Of a stretch of DNA of 64,000 nucleotides, positions 51,279 to 64,000 are shown piece by piece. The notes below the pieces were generated by a model. It did not search any database, was not told the DNA's origin, and worked only from the letters and a program-made list of their open reading frames with translations. Made by a program: the position numbers and the translations under genes. The DNA is from Chrysomallon squamiferum. Taxonomy: Eukaryota; Animalia; Mollusca. Position 1 is the stretch's first letter. Each line of letters starts with the position of its first letter. Location: the NCBI GenBank assembly GCA_012295275.1, contig CM022679.1:1860001-1924000 (forward strand), in the 5' to 3' direction.

Positions 51279-54200
51279 TATATTTATGTACTATATGAAG
51301 TAACTTGTGAGGATATTTAATGGAACACTAGATCAGTATTCCACTATGCATTTATTAAGCCTTTTCCCATTCCAGTCAGCATCATGTGACTGTATCAAAC
51401 ATGCTGTACTGCCTTTGGTAAATGGCATGTGTAAATATTCACAGAGCATCATTAATCAGTGAGAATAATCTTCAGTAATGTATTTTCTCATACATTTTGT
51501 CATTATATTAACATGTGAGAGACATTTAATAGCAAGTAATTTATACATTTGTAGATCTATACTTAAATATCGTGAATCCATTTTTTTCTATTTTATCATC
51601 CATCACTGCAGTAATCCTGTCTTACAGAATTATTTAACACTTAGAACTTAACCACTTGCAGTTCATTTTGTATTAAATATTATTACTGTATTCTGTTTAA
51701 CTTCATGCTTATACTGTCTATAATTATTTTCAGAAATTTAGAACTGCTCACTTTCTGCTTGGATTCAGAACTTCTAAACTGTGGCCTGCAGCAAATGGCG
51801 TTTCAGTTTTTGGCTGTTAATCAGTTTCTCAAATCATACTGTCCATGTGAGTTAAGTTTTTAAATAATATGAGAAAAAAGATAAATATTGTGAATATGTA
51901 ATAGAGGTAACCCTTGATTAAATCAATTAACTAATACATCAGTCAGGATTTCTGCATATACTTTGAAATCTAATAATAATGGTAAAAAGTACAATTGATC
52001 TTCAGTCAGATGTTCCCTCAAAGAATTTCAATATCAGATCTGACTCATAACAACAGAACATTTCATCAATATTTGTGATATAATCTTTTTAGCAACTAAG
52101 TTTGAATGGTCACACTCAATGACACATGGGAAATTGAAAAACGTTTCAATCAAAATTCTTACTGTGCACATCAAGGGACACTAGCACATAATTTTACTAT
52201 ATAAAAACTGTGTGAATCAAGGGATCCCTGCATATTACCAGGTAGGAATACTTGTTAAAGCAGTTTGTTAAACAATACAATATCCTAGACATTATATAGA
52301 AATTATAATGCAGAGAACTGGCCCAAACATCTTTCTCCCTTGCCAGATATTCTCTATTTTCTCTTGAACTCTATTTCACTGCAGTCACACAGATATCTCA
52401 CATTCCTGACCAATACTGGCAGATCAGTGACAGTTTTTGCCACGTGTCTTGGAGGAATTTCCCAAGTACTTTACATTTAAACAAGGAGAAATAAACCTCG
52501 CACATTAATGGTGTTTATGTATCTATAGATTATGCTTGGAGCCTTTTGTTTAGTCCCCCAAGGAAACAAACAGTATAAATACTTTTTATATATTCCCATG
52601 TGATAAATATAGTGACCAAACTCTTCTGTTCTAAAAATAAAGTATAACATTGATATAAAAGTTGTCCATTAGAAAGAGAATGACATTTTCTTTTAAGTAC
52701 TAGTGATAATGCAACTGATAATGCCTCGATAAATTTAAAAATGTGTACAAAAATTGATGAACAAGAAAAAACAGATTATTAGCAGTAATATTTGACTTTC
52801 AGCATTTTTCATGTCATTTAAATGTTAGTTGTGATTGTTTAAAATTCCTGTTGCACTTATTTTTCAGTTCTTTCTGAGTCTCAAACACCAAGATGCACTG
52901 AAACACAAATCTGTTTACTTCGTCTCTTCATGTCCAGCAACTACAACTACTCTTTTGAGCAACATCTTCAGTGCAGGTAAGTCCTTTAGAAACTTCAGGA
53001 TAGTCAGGAAATAAATTTGTGTTTTGGAGTATCTTTTATTATTATTATTTATTACTTTTTGGATTTTTTTGGTTAATTTTTTTCTTTTTCTTGTAATTGT
53101 TTTGTTTTTTATGTTTGCTTTATAAATGTCTGAAACTGTCTTACATACATTTCACTATTCTACAATATATAAAACATTTTTATCTTACAGATTATATGGT
53201 TACACTTTTTCAGTGTTGCTCTAGGAACTATTACGAAAAGTAAAAGTTGCTATATATGACGCATAAATTTAGAAATAAGCTTCATAAATGGAAAACAAAT
53301 CTAATAATTTCAAAATGTCTGTTGGTCTCAGATATAAACACCTTAAAACTATTTTGCATTCTGTTATAACATCTTTAGATTCTACAGATTGAACAGTGTG
53401 ATATAACCTGTCTTTTCTTTTATTTCTAGAAATACTGAAATATTCTTATAAAAAATTGTTTTTCAATTTTTGGTTCAGATTTTTAGAATGGAACTACCTG
53501 TGTCACACAAACATCAATGATGAAAAATGTGAAAATTTCACTTCAACAGAATTGTCAGTGATATATGAGTACACTCAAACATTCAACTGTTCTATTTCTC
53601 AAGAAGGTAAGACCTTAATACCAGAATCTCAAATATCTGTTCCAGTGAATAAGAAAGGAAGACTTTAATAGAAGGGTTTATCATATTTTCAGACATCAAA
53701 GCACTTCAACGGTTTAACATTGTCAAGTAAGACATTAATACTATCGTTCAGGCAGTTTATCAAATTTTCCAACATTTTTTAAGCTCCAAATTTTGTAAAA
53801 ATATATATATATTTTTTTTTGATACATGTAAGTTTTATACTTCAATTAGACCAATTAATAATTTTATTTTGATTATGAAATAGGATTTTATTTCCAATAC
53901 AGCAGTTCAATGTCTCAAGGGACATAAAGGAAAAAATTTAATTTCATTATTTCATTATTTAAAGGGTCAAAAGTTATTCACAAAACTCTTACTATGCAGA
54001 AAAACTGAAAATATTTGTTCACTCAACTTTTTCTTCATGGTTCTGACATTAAAATGTATCACGTAATTTGAAGGCTACAATCCGATTGGATATAACAACC
54101 ATCACCATGAAATTAACCAGTATCATTTTACTACTTTACATTTTTATGTTGTAGATAACTGCACACTCATTAAATACTTTCATAAATCTAACTTGTTTCA

Positions 54201-57200
54201 TTATAATATAATTTCAGGACAGTGTTTGTCAAAAGAATGCCCATACAACTGCCAGCTTGTTCATGATTCTGAATATCTTTGCACCTGTTCACCTCATTAC
54301 TATGGCAATGGCATTAACTGCACAGACATCAATGAATGCTTAAACATATTAGAATACCACTGTGAAGTACAGAACTGTGAAAATTATGATGGTGGATACA
54401 ACTGTACACATTGTACTCCTGGCTTTGAATGGGATATTAAAACCTCCAGCTGCAAGGACAAAGATGAATGTGCCTTGGGAATAGTCTGCCCACAGAACTG
54501 TACCAATGAGGTAGGGACATTTTCTTGTCAGTGTTTCAGTGGTTTCAGTCGTCATGGTGATCAGTGTGTAGACATAGATGAATGTGCTTCAGGTGAAACT
54601 TCTCCTTGTCCACTGCAGAATTGTGTCAACACTCCAGGAAGCTATAGATGCAGCAACTGCAGGCCAGGTTACAAACTCATTACAGACTCCATGTCGTGTC
54701 AAGATGTTGATGAATGTCAAACACAACAACACAACTGTACTCACATGTGCAAAAACACTGATGGTGGCTTTGTCTGTCTATGTCCAGAAGGGTTCACTGG
54801 TGATGGTCAGACATGTATTGATATTGATGAATGTAAACATGAAGCTCAGTATCATTGTCCACTATCTAATTGCATTAACACACATGGATCATATGTCTGC
54901 AGTAAATGCAGTAACGGTTACAGATGGACTGATGTTTGTGAAGACATAGATGAATGTACTTTGAATATTTGTCCCTACCAGTGTCAAAATATTGAAGGAG
55001 GGTATCACTGTACCTGTCCAGTGGGTTTTCTTGGAGATGGCTATAATTGTTTGGATGTCAATGAATGTTTGGAAGAACAAATTTATCATTGTCCATTAAA
55101 TAACTGTCAAAACACTCAGCCCATGTTTTACTGCTCACAATGTCAAAGTGGATATCATTTCATCTACAATGCTACTGGACTGCTTTCTTGTGTTGATATT
55201 GATGAATGTGTCAACAAAACAGAAAATAACTGTACACAGCTTTGTAAAAATCATCAGGGTGGATATTCATGTCCTTGCTATCAAGGTTACTCTGGAGACA
55301 GCTGTATGGACCTAGATGAATGTTTGAATCCTGAGATGACTAATTGTTCTCAGGAATGTACAAACTTTCCTGGAGGATTTGCTTGTAATTGTAGCCATGG
55401 GTACAGTGGTGATGGATATAAATGCATTGATATTGATGAATGCTTGAACCGCAGCCTGAACAATTGTTCTCAAACATGTTTTAATCTACCAGGAACATTT
55501 TCATGTCATTGCAGAGAAGGTTTCACAGGAGATGGAGTATCTTGTTTTGATATTAACGAATGCAGTAATAAAGAAATGAGTGGATGTGCTCAGAATTGCA
55601 TGAATACAGAAGGAGGATACCAGTGTCTCTGTTTTGAAGGTTACACAGGGGATGGGTTCAGATGTTCTGATATTGATGAATGTTCATTAAGTAAAAATAT
55701 CTGTCCTCAACAGTGTGTCAATACAGATGGTGGATTCAGTTGCACCTGTTTCCCTGGATACAAAATTGTGGAAGAATCTTCATGTGTGGACATAGATGAA
55801 TGCTTGAATCCAGAAACGAATAATTGTTCTCAGGAATGTACAAACTTTCCTGGAGGATTTGCTTGTAATTGTAGCCATGGGTACAGTGGTGATGGATATA
55901 AATGTATTGATATTGATGAATGCTTGGACCGCAGCCTGAACAATTGTTCTCAAACATGTTTTAATCTACCAGGAACATTTTCATGTCATTGCAGAGAAGG
56001 TTTCACAGGAGATGGAGTATCTTGTTTTGATATTAACGAATGCAGTAATAAAGAAATGAGTGGATGTGCTCAGAATTGCATGAATACAGAAGGAGGATAC
56101 CAGTGTCTCTGTTTTGAAGGTTACACAGGGGATGGGTTCAGATGTTCTGATATTGATGAATGTTCATTAAGTAAAAATATCTGTCCTCAACAGTGTGTCA
56201 ATACAGATGGTGGATTCAGTTGCACCTGTTTCCCTGGATACAAAATTGTGGAAGAATCTTCATGTGTGGACATAGATGAATGCTTGAATCCAGAAACGAA
56301 TAATTGTTCTCAGGAATGTACAAACTTTCCTGGAGGATTTGCTTGTAATTGTAGCCATGGGTACAGTGGTGATGGATATAAATGCATTGATAATGATGAA
56401 TGCTTGAACCGCAGCCTGAACAATTGTTCTCAAACATGTTTGAATCTACCAGGAACATTTTCATGTCATTGCAGAGAAGGTTTCACAGGAGATGGAGTAT
56501 CTTGTTTTGATATTAATGAATGCAGTAGTAAAGAAATGAGTGGATGTGCTCAGAATTGTGTGAATACAGAAGGAGGATACAAGTGTCTCTGTTTTGAAGG
56601 TTACACGGGAGATGGGTTCAGATGTTCTGATATTGATGAATGTTCATTAAGTAAAAATATCTGTCCTCAACAGTGTGTCAATACAGATGGTGGATTCAGT
56701 TGCACCTGTTTCCCTGGATACAAAATTGTGAAAGAATCTTCATGTGTGGACATAAATGAATGCTTGAATCCAGAAACGAATAATTGTTCTCAGGAATGTA
56801 CAAACTTTCCTGGAGTATTTGCTTGTAATTGTAGCCATGGGTACAGTGGTGATGGATATAAATGCATTGATATTGATGAATGCTTGAACCGCAGCCTGAA
56901 CAATTGTTCTCAAACATGTTTTAATCTACCAGGAACATTTTCATGTCATTGCAGAGAAGGTTTCACAGGAGATGGAGTATCTTGTTTTGATATTAACGAA
57001 TGCAGTAATAAAGAAATGAGTGGATGTGCTCAGAATTGCATGAATACAGAAGGAGGATACCAGTGTCTCTGTTTTGAAGGTTACACGGGGGATGGGTTCA
57101 GATGTTCTGATATTGATGAATGTTCATTAAGTAAAAATATCTGTCCTCAACAGTGTGTCAATACAGATGGTGGATTCAGTTGCACCTGTTTCCCTGGATA

Positions 57201-60200
57201 CAAAATTGTGGAAGAATCTTCATGTGTGGACATAGATGAATGCTTGAATCCAGAAACGAATAATTGTTCTCAGGAATGTACAAACTTTCCTGGAGGATTT
57301 GCTTGTAATTGTAGCCATGGGTACACTGGAGATGGATATAAATGCATTGATAATGATGAATGCTTGAACCGCAGCCTGAACAATTGTTCTCAAACATGTT
57401 TTAATCTACCAGGAACATTTTCATGTCATTGCAGAGAAGGTTTCACAGGAGATGGAGTATCTTGTTTTGATATTAACGAATGCAGTAATAAAGAAATGAG
57501 TGGATGTGCTCAGAATTGCATGAATACAGAAGGAGGATACCAGTGTCTCTGTTTTGAAGGTTACACAGGAGATGGGTTCAGATGTTCTGATATTGATGAA
57601 TGTTCATTAAGTAAAAATATCTGTCCTCAACAGTGTGTCAATACAGATGGTGGATTCAGTTGCACCTGTTTCCCTGGATACAAAATTGTGGAAGAATCTT
57701 CATGTGTGGACATAGATGAATGCTTGAATCCAGAAACGAATAATTGTTCTCAGGAATGTACAAACTTTCCTGGAGGATTTGCTTGTAATTGTAGCCATGG
57801 GTACACTGGAGATGGATATAAATGCATTGATATTGATGAATGCTTGGACCGCAGCCTGAACAATTGTTCTCAAACATGTTTTAATCTACCAGGGACATTT
57901 TCATGTCATTGCAGAGAAGGTTTCACAGGAGATGGAGTATCTTGTTTTGATATTAATGAATGCAGTAGTAAAGAAATGATTGGATGTGCTCAGAATTGTG
58001 TGAATACAGAAGGAGGATACCAGTGTCTCTGTTTTGAAGGTTACACGGGGGATGGGTTCAGATGTTCTGATATTGATGAATGTTCATTAAGTAAAAATAT
58101 CTGTCCTCAACAGTGTGTCAATACAGATGGTGGATTCAGTTGCACCTGTTTCCCTGGATACAAAATTGTGGAAGAATCTTCATGTGTGGACATAGATGAA
58201 TGCTTGAATCCAGAAACGAATAATTGTTCTCAGGAATGTACAAACTTTCCTGGAGGATTTGCTTGTAATTGTAGCCATGGGTACAGTGGTGATGGATATA
58301 AATGCATTGATAATGATGAATGCTTGAACCGCAGCCTGAACAATTGTTCTCAAACATGTTTTAATCTACCTGGAACATTTTCATGTCATTGCAGAGAAGG
58401 TTTCACAGGTGATGGAGTATCTTGTTTTGATATTAATGAATGCAGTAGTAAAGAAATGAGTGGATGTGCTCAGAATTGTGTGAATACAGAAGGAGGATAC
58501 AAGTGTCTCTGTTTTTTATGGTTACACAGGGGATGGGTTCAGATGTTCTGATATTGATGAATGTTCATTAAGTAAAAATATCTGTCCTCAACAGTGTGTC
58601 AATACAGATGGTGGATTCAGTTGCACCTGTTTCCCTGGATACAAAATTGTGGAAGAATCTTCATGTGTGGACATAGATGAATGCTTGAATCCAGAAACGA
58701 ATAATTGTTCTCAGGAATGTACAAACTTTCCTGGAGGATTTGCTTGTAATTGTAGCCATGGGTACACTGGAGATGGATATAAATGCATTGATATTGATGA
58801 ATGCTTGGACCGCAGCCTGAACAATTGTTCTCAAACATGTTTTAATCTACCAGGGACATTTTCATGTCATTGCAGAGAAGGTTTCACAGGAGATGGAGTA
58901 TCTTGTTTTGATATTAATGAATGCGGTAGTAAAGAAATGATTGGATGTGCTCAGAATTGTGTGAATACAGAAGGAGGATACCAGTGTCTCTGTTTTGAAG
59001 GTTACACGGGGGATGGGTTCAGATGTTCTGATATTGATGAATGTTCATTAAGTAAAAATATCTGTCCTCAACAGTGTGTCAATACAGATGGTGGATTCAG
59101 TTGCACCTGTTTCCCTGGATACAAAATTGTGGAAGAATCTTCATGTGTGGACATAGATGAATGCTTGAATCCAGAAACGAATAATTGTTCTCAGGAATGT
59201 ACAAACTTTCCTGGAGGATTTGCTTGTAATTGTAGCCATGGGTACAGTGGTGATGGATATAAATGCATTGATAATGATGAATGCTTGAACCGCAGCCTGA
59301 ACAATTGTTCTCAAACATGTTTTAATCTACCTGGAACATTTTCATGTCATTGCAGAGAAGGTTTCACAGGTGATGGAGTATCTTGTTTTGATATTAATGA
59401 ATGCAGTAGTAAAGAAATGAGTGGATGTGCTCAGAATTGTGTGAATACAGAAGGAGGATACAAGTGTCTCTGTTTTGATGGTTACACAGGGGATGGGTTC
59501 AGATGTTCTGATATTGATGAATGTTCATTAAGTAAAAATATCTGTCCTCAACAGTGTGTCAATACAGATGGTGGATTCAGTTGCACCTGTTTCCCTGGAT
59601 ACAAAATTGTGGAAGAATCTTCATGTGTGGACATAGATGAATGCTTGAATCCAGAAACGAATAATTGTTCTCAGGAATGTACAAACTTTCCTGGAGGATT
59701 TGCTTGTAATTGTAGCCATGGGTACACTGGAGATGGATATAAATGCATTGATATTGATGAATGCTTGAACCGCAGCCTGAACAATTGTTCTCAAACATGT
59801 TTTAATCTACCAGGGACATTTTCATGTCATTGCAGAGAAGGTTTCACAGGAGATGGAGTATCTTGTTTTGATATTAATGAATGCAGTAGTAAAGAAATGA
59901 GTGGATGTGCTCAGAATTGTGTGAATACAGAAGGAGGATACCAGTGTCTCTGTTTTGAAGGTTACACGGGGGATGGGTTCAGATGTTCTGATATTGATGA
60001 ATGTTCATTAAGTAAAAATATCTGTCCTCAACAGTGTGTCAATACAGATGGTGGATTCAGTTGCACCTGTTTCCCTGGATACAAAATTGTGGAAGAATCT
60101 TCATGTGTGGACATAGATGAATGCTTGAATCCAGAAACGAATAATTGTTCTCAGGAATGTACAAACTTTCCTGGAGGATTTGCTTTGTAATTGTAGCCAT

Positions 60201-63200
60201 GGGTACAGTGGTGATGGATATAAATGCATTGATAATGATGAATGCTTGAACCGCAGCCTGAACAATTGTTCTCAAACATGTTTTAATCTACCTGGAACAT
60301 TTTCATGTCATTGCAGAGAAGGTTTTCACAGGTGATGGAGTATCTTGTTTTGATATTAATGAATGCAGTAGTAAAGAAATGAGTGGATGTGCTCAGAATT
60401 GTGTGAATACAGAAGGAGGATACAAGTGTCTCTGTTTTGATGGTTACACAGGGGATGGGTTCAGATGTTCTGATATTGATGAATGTTCATTAAGTAAAAA
60501 TATCTGTCCTCAACAGTGTGTCAATACAGATGGTGGATTCAGTTGCACCTGTTTCCCTGGATACAAAATTGTGGAAGAATCTTCATGTGTGGACATAGAT
60601 GAATGCTTGAATCCAGAAACGAATAATTGTTCTCAGGAATGTACAAACTTTCCTGGAGGATTTGCTTGTAATTGTAGCCATGGGTACACTGGAGATGGAT
60701 ATAAATGCATTGATATTGATGAATGCTTGAACCGCAGCCTGAACAATTGTTCTCAAACATGTTTTAATCTACCAGGGACATTTTCATGTCATTGCAGAGA
60801 AGGTTTCACAGGAGATGGAGTATCTTGTTTTGATATTAATGAATGCGGTAGTAAAGAAATGATTGGATGTGCTCAGAATTGTGTGAATACAGAAGGAGGA
60901 TACCAGTGTCTCTGTTTTGAAGGTTACACGGGGGATGGGTTCAGATGTTCTGATATTGATGAATGTTCATTAAGTAAAAATAACTGTCCTCAACAGTGTG
61001 TCAATACAGATGGTGGATTCAGTTGCACCTGTTTCCCTGGATACAAAATTGTGGAAGAATCTTCATGTGTGGACATAGATGAATGCTTGAATCCAGAAAC
61101 GAATAATTGTTCTCAGGAATGTACAAACTTTCCTGGAGGATTTGCTTGTAATTGTAGCCATGGGTACAGTGGTGATGGATATAAATGCATCGATATTGAT
61201 GAATGCTTGAACCGCAGCCTGCATAATTGTTCTCAGGATTGTCAGATTTGTCCTGATAAATGTTTTAACACAGAAGGTGGATTTGTGTGTGAATGTTCAC
61301 AAGGGTTTATGATGCATGACAACAAGTGTTCTGACATTGATGAATGCAGTGACATGTCAATGAATGGATGTCCACAGATATGTGTCAATCGTTATGGATC
61401 TTATGACTGTAAATGTTTCCCTGGTTTTGTAGGTGATGGTTTTGAATGTATGGATAATAATGAATGTGATGATTCCAACATTTGTGAACATAAATGTATA
61501 AACACTGAAGGCAGCTTTAGATGTGAATGTGATAATGGTTTCATGAAGAATGACTCACGGTGCACTGATGTTGATGAATGCAGGGATCCAGAAACTAATG
61601 TTTGTGATCAGAAATGTAGAAACATTCCTGGAAGTTATATCTGTTCATGTGAACATGGATATAGATTGGATGGCCGGGGTGCATGTGTTGAGGTTAAAGA
61701 ATGTAGTGCTAGTCATCTTAATAACTGTAGCCAGCAGTGTGTGGATGTTCCTTCTGGTTTTGTCTGTTCATGTTGGAGTGGCTACACTGGAGATGGAGTG
61801 AACTGCACAGACATTAATGAGTGCCAGACTGAAAATGGTGGATGCATGCACAACTGCATTAATCTGCCTGGAAGGTTTCAGTGTTCTTGTAGTGCTGGGT
61901 TTGTCTCTGAAGAAGGACGATGTATTGATGTGGATGAGTGCAGTAATTCTGAAATGAACAACTGTACCCAAGTCTGTGTTAATACACCAGGTAATTAAAT
62001 TTTCTTATACTGTAATTAGTCTAAAATATTTTACATAGTAAAACATTATCTTGACAAAGCTGTTTTTTTATTTTTTTATTTCTATTTTTTTTTTTTATTA
62101 TTAATATTATTATTATTATTACTTTGTTTTAGTTGCTGTTGTATTTAAAATAAAATTTACTTTGAAAAGGAGAAAATGCTAACTTTGTCATTTCATCTAA
62201 GAAGTATTTTAGGCATGAATCATGATTCAATTATATTTTTTTATTTTTTTATTTTTTTATTTTTATTTTTTTTTATTATTAATATTATTATTATTATTAC
62301 TTTGTTTTAGTTGCTGTTGTATTTAAAATAAAATTTACTTTGAAAAGGAGAAAATGCTAACTTTGTCATTTCATCTAAGAAGTATTTTAGGCATGAATCA
62401 TGATTGCATTATATTTTTTTATTTGTTTATTATTTTTTTTATTATAATTATATTTAATGTATGAGTTTATATATCAGCAGTTTGCCTCCTAGCAAAACTG
62501 TTTATTGATTTTAATAATGGTTATACTGGAATATTTAATGGATTATTTTAATAGAAAATTGTAGTTCTTGAGATTAGTTTATTTAAAAAGGATCATAAAA
62601 TCTACAGATCCAGAACAGATCAGATGTAAATTTTCCTTTATTTTTTTCTCCCTTTTTTATTTTTTGCAGGAAGTTACACTTGTAGGTGTAGAGATGGGTT
62701 TGCCTTTTCTAACAGTTCCGTGAAACATGGACTGTGTCTTGATGTAGATGAATGCTCCAGCTCAAGCTGGAATAACTGTACCCAGGCTTGTGTTAACACT
62801 GCAGGCAGCTACCTTTGTCACTGCTTTTCTGGCTTCATACAGACATCCAGAGGGCAGTGTGAAGGTAACTGACTACTAGTAGATAATTAATACTATAATC
62901 AGTCTGTAGCTGTTATTTATTTCAAATATATAGGAATTTGATATTGCTGAATGCAGATTATTTTGTTTGTCTGCTATTGTAATCAACATTACTATTCATG
63001 TTTAGTTTATCCATTGTGTTGTGTAGAAGCAGAATGTGAGTTTGTGTTGATTGTGTACTATTTCTACTTGTCGTTATGACTTCTAAGATTAAAACATTCT
63101 GTTTTTGTATGTTTTTAACATGAATGGTGATATTTTTTTGTAATCTTTCTGAAGATTTCATTCTTCTTAAGAATTCCAGGCATAACAAATTATTTTTCTC

Positions 63201-63641
63201 TTCATGGTTTCAGCTGAGGTGTTTAAACATCTGATTGCAACTTTGTATTTAACAACATTTAGATGGAAGGAGTCATTAGCTGTTGTGAATTCTACAGATT
63301 ATAAACAAATGTCAGCTTACATTGCTAAGCAGGTAATAGTGAACTAGGTTTTATCACTGAACAGATACAAACAGTGAACTAAATTTGATCACTATAATTA
63401 TGAGCAGTTCTAAATATTTTATCTTAGGAATAATTTCCTTTTTATTTTTTTCACTTTTAACTGAGTATTGGTTATTTTATAATTTTGTTTCCAATTAAAT
63501 TCATATATTTTATTAACAGATGATTATTCAATTCTCAGATGATGTTTAATAATGGTGTTTATCTGTTTTAACACATTTCTAGGTGAAATTGGAATTTACT
63601 GGTTGGGAAGGTGTGAAATCTGTGGATGTTTTTCGTCTTAG
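50230..63641 (+). CDS. Very large secreted or cell-surface calcium-binding EGF repeat protein (fibrillin-like array without TB domains) with a downstream SEA-like domain; continues beyond the window
   Basis: Signal-peptide-like MEMRIIFILCLFLSPGLVELVTA at ~50230; phase-consistent exons 50980-51145, 51734-51846, 52868-52976, 53479-53606, 54218-61990, 62670-62864, 63214-63332, 63583-63641; the 5' exon boundaries are less certain. Confidence 0.85.
54218..61990 (+). CDS. Giant 7.8-kb exon encoding ~64 tandem cbEGF domains, broken by three +1 indels in this sequence
   Basis: ORFs 54193..58551, 58649..60190 and 60379..61998 with repeated D(I/V)(D/N)EC...C...C.N..G.(F/Y).C.C..G(F/Y); tttcag acceptor, CAG|gtaatt donor. 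Confidence 0.93.
55314..61236 (+). repeat. Coding tandem repeat: 480-bp unit (160 aa, 4 cbEGF), 12 full copies plus a partial 13th, nearly identical
   Basis: Unit starts at 55321, 55801, 56281, 56761, 57241, 57721, 58201, 58682, 59162, 59642, 60122, 60604 and 61084. Confidence 0.98.
62070..62430. repeat. Intronic ~178-bp tandem duplication, 2 copies
   Basis: ttaatattattattattattactttg...gaaaaggagaaaatgctaactttg...ggcatgaatcatgatt present at ~62100 and ~62278. Confidence 0.9.
62670..62864 (+). CDS. Exon with the last cbEGF domains (GSYTCRCRDGF...DVDECSSSSWNNCTQACVNTAGSYLCHCFSGF)
   Basis: Manual translation; long polypyrimidine tract plus cag, gtaact donor. Confidence 0.92.
63214..63641 (+). 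CDS. Two exons (63214-63332, 63583-63641) encoding a SEA-domain-like segment
   Basis: AEVFKHLIATLYLTTFRWKESLAVVNSTDYKQMSAYIAKQ/VKLEFTGWEGVKSVDVFRL fits the SEA pattern (beta strand, W...L...S..Y helix, V..F/L strand before GS(V/I)). Confidence 0.65.
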
Positions 63642-64000
63642 GTTTGTAGCACAAAAATTAACAGCATCAAAATTTGAGATAACAGATTCATTTTACAGTT
63701 TGTGGTGAATGAATATCAATAACCCATACACAGTGAAATCAACACTTGTCTCAGGAGCTATGGACTGTAAGACTAGTTATTTTCAGCTGTTTCACATTCC
63801 AGCCAGTGCTCTGTAACAAGCTCAAAAACTTTTGGTATGAGCTTTCCTGTGTGTGATACTAGCATAATCACTTTATGATTATCAGTGGCAAGTACTTCTA
63901 TTACATGTTTTGACAATATCTTACATCCATTACTGACATCACTAAATATCCATTACTGACACCCAGTATCCATTTAGTGACAATACTTGATGTATCCATT

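Noticed and set aside
55736-60760. Series of ~73-aa minus-strand ORFs (MFENNCSGCG...)
   Set aside because: Antisense shadows of the 480-bp coding repeat, one per unit
54193-61998. Calling the EGF ORFs three separate genes or a true fibrillin
   Set aside because: The breaks are single-base indels within a continuous repeat, and no TB/8-Cys fibrillin domains are present

Overview
AT-rich, intron-rich animal genomic DNA, most likely a mollusc (inferred from the catchin-type exon); there are no prokaryotic features. Three genes are visible. (1) Minus strand ~31.0 kb to <1: the 5' part of a muscle myosin II heavy chain gene (motor, neck, proximal rod), mapped exon by exon with GT-AG sites and consistent phases. 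It has three mutually exclusive copies of the loop-1/switch-I exon, two of the loop-2 exon, and an internal alternative first exon (4700-5308) with its own TATA box that gives a headless catchin/myorod isoform. (2) Minus strand 46.9-48.8 kb: a 3-exon, ~97-aa APC16-like gene. (3) Plus strand from ~49-50 kb past the window end: a signal-peptide protein with roughly 65 calcium-binding EGF domains, nearly all in one 7.8-kb exon that contains 12+ near-identical 480-bp repeats, followed by a SEA-like domain. The least expected signal is that several myosin intron-exon junctions are tandemly duplicated into the intron. One forms a ~20-copy array of a 54-55-bp unit, most copies carrying the 3' splice site plus the exon start (CAG|GTAGAG).
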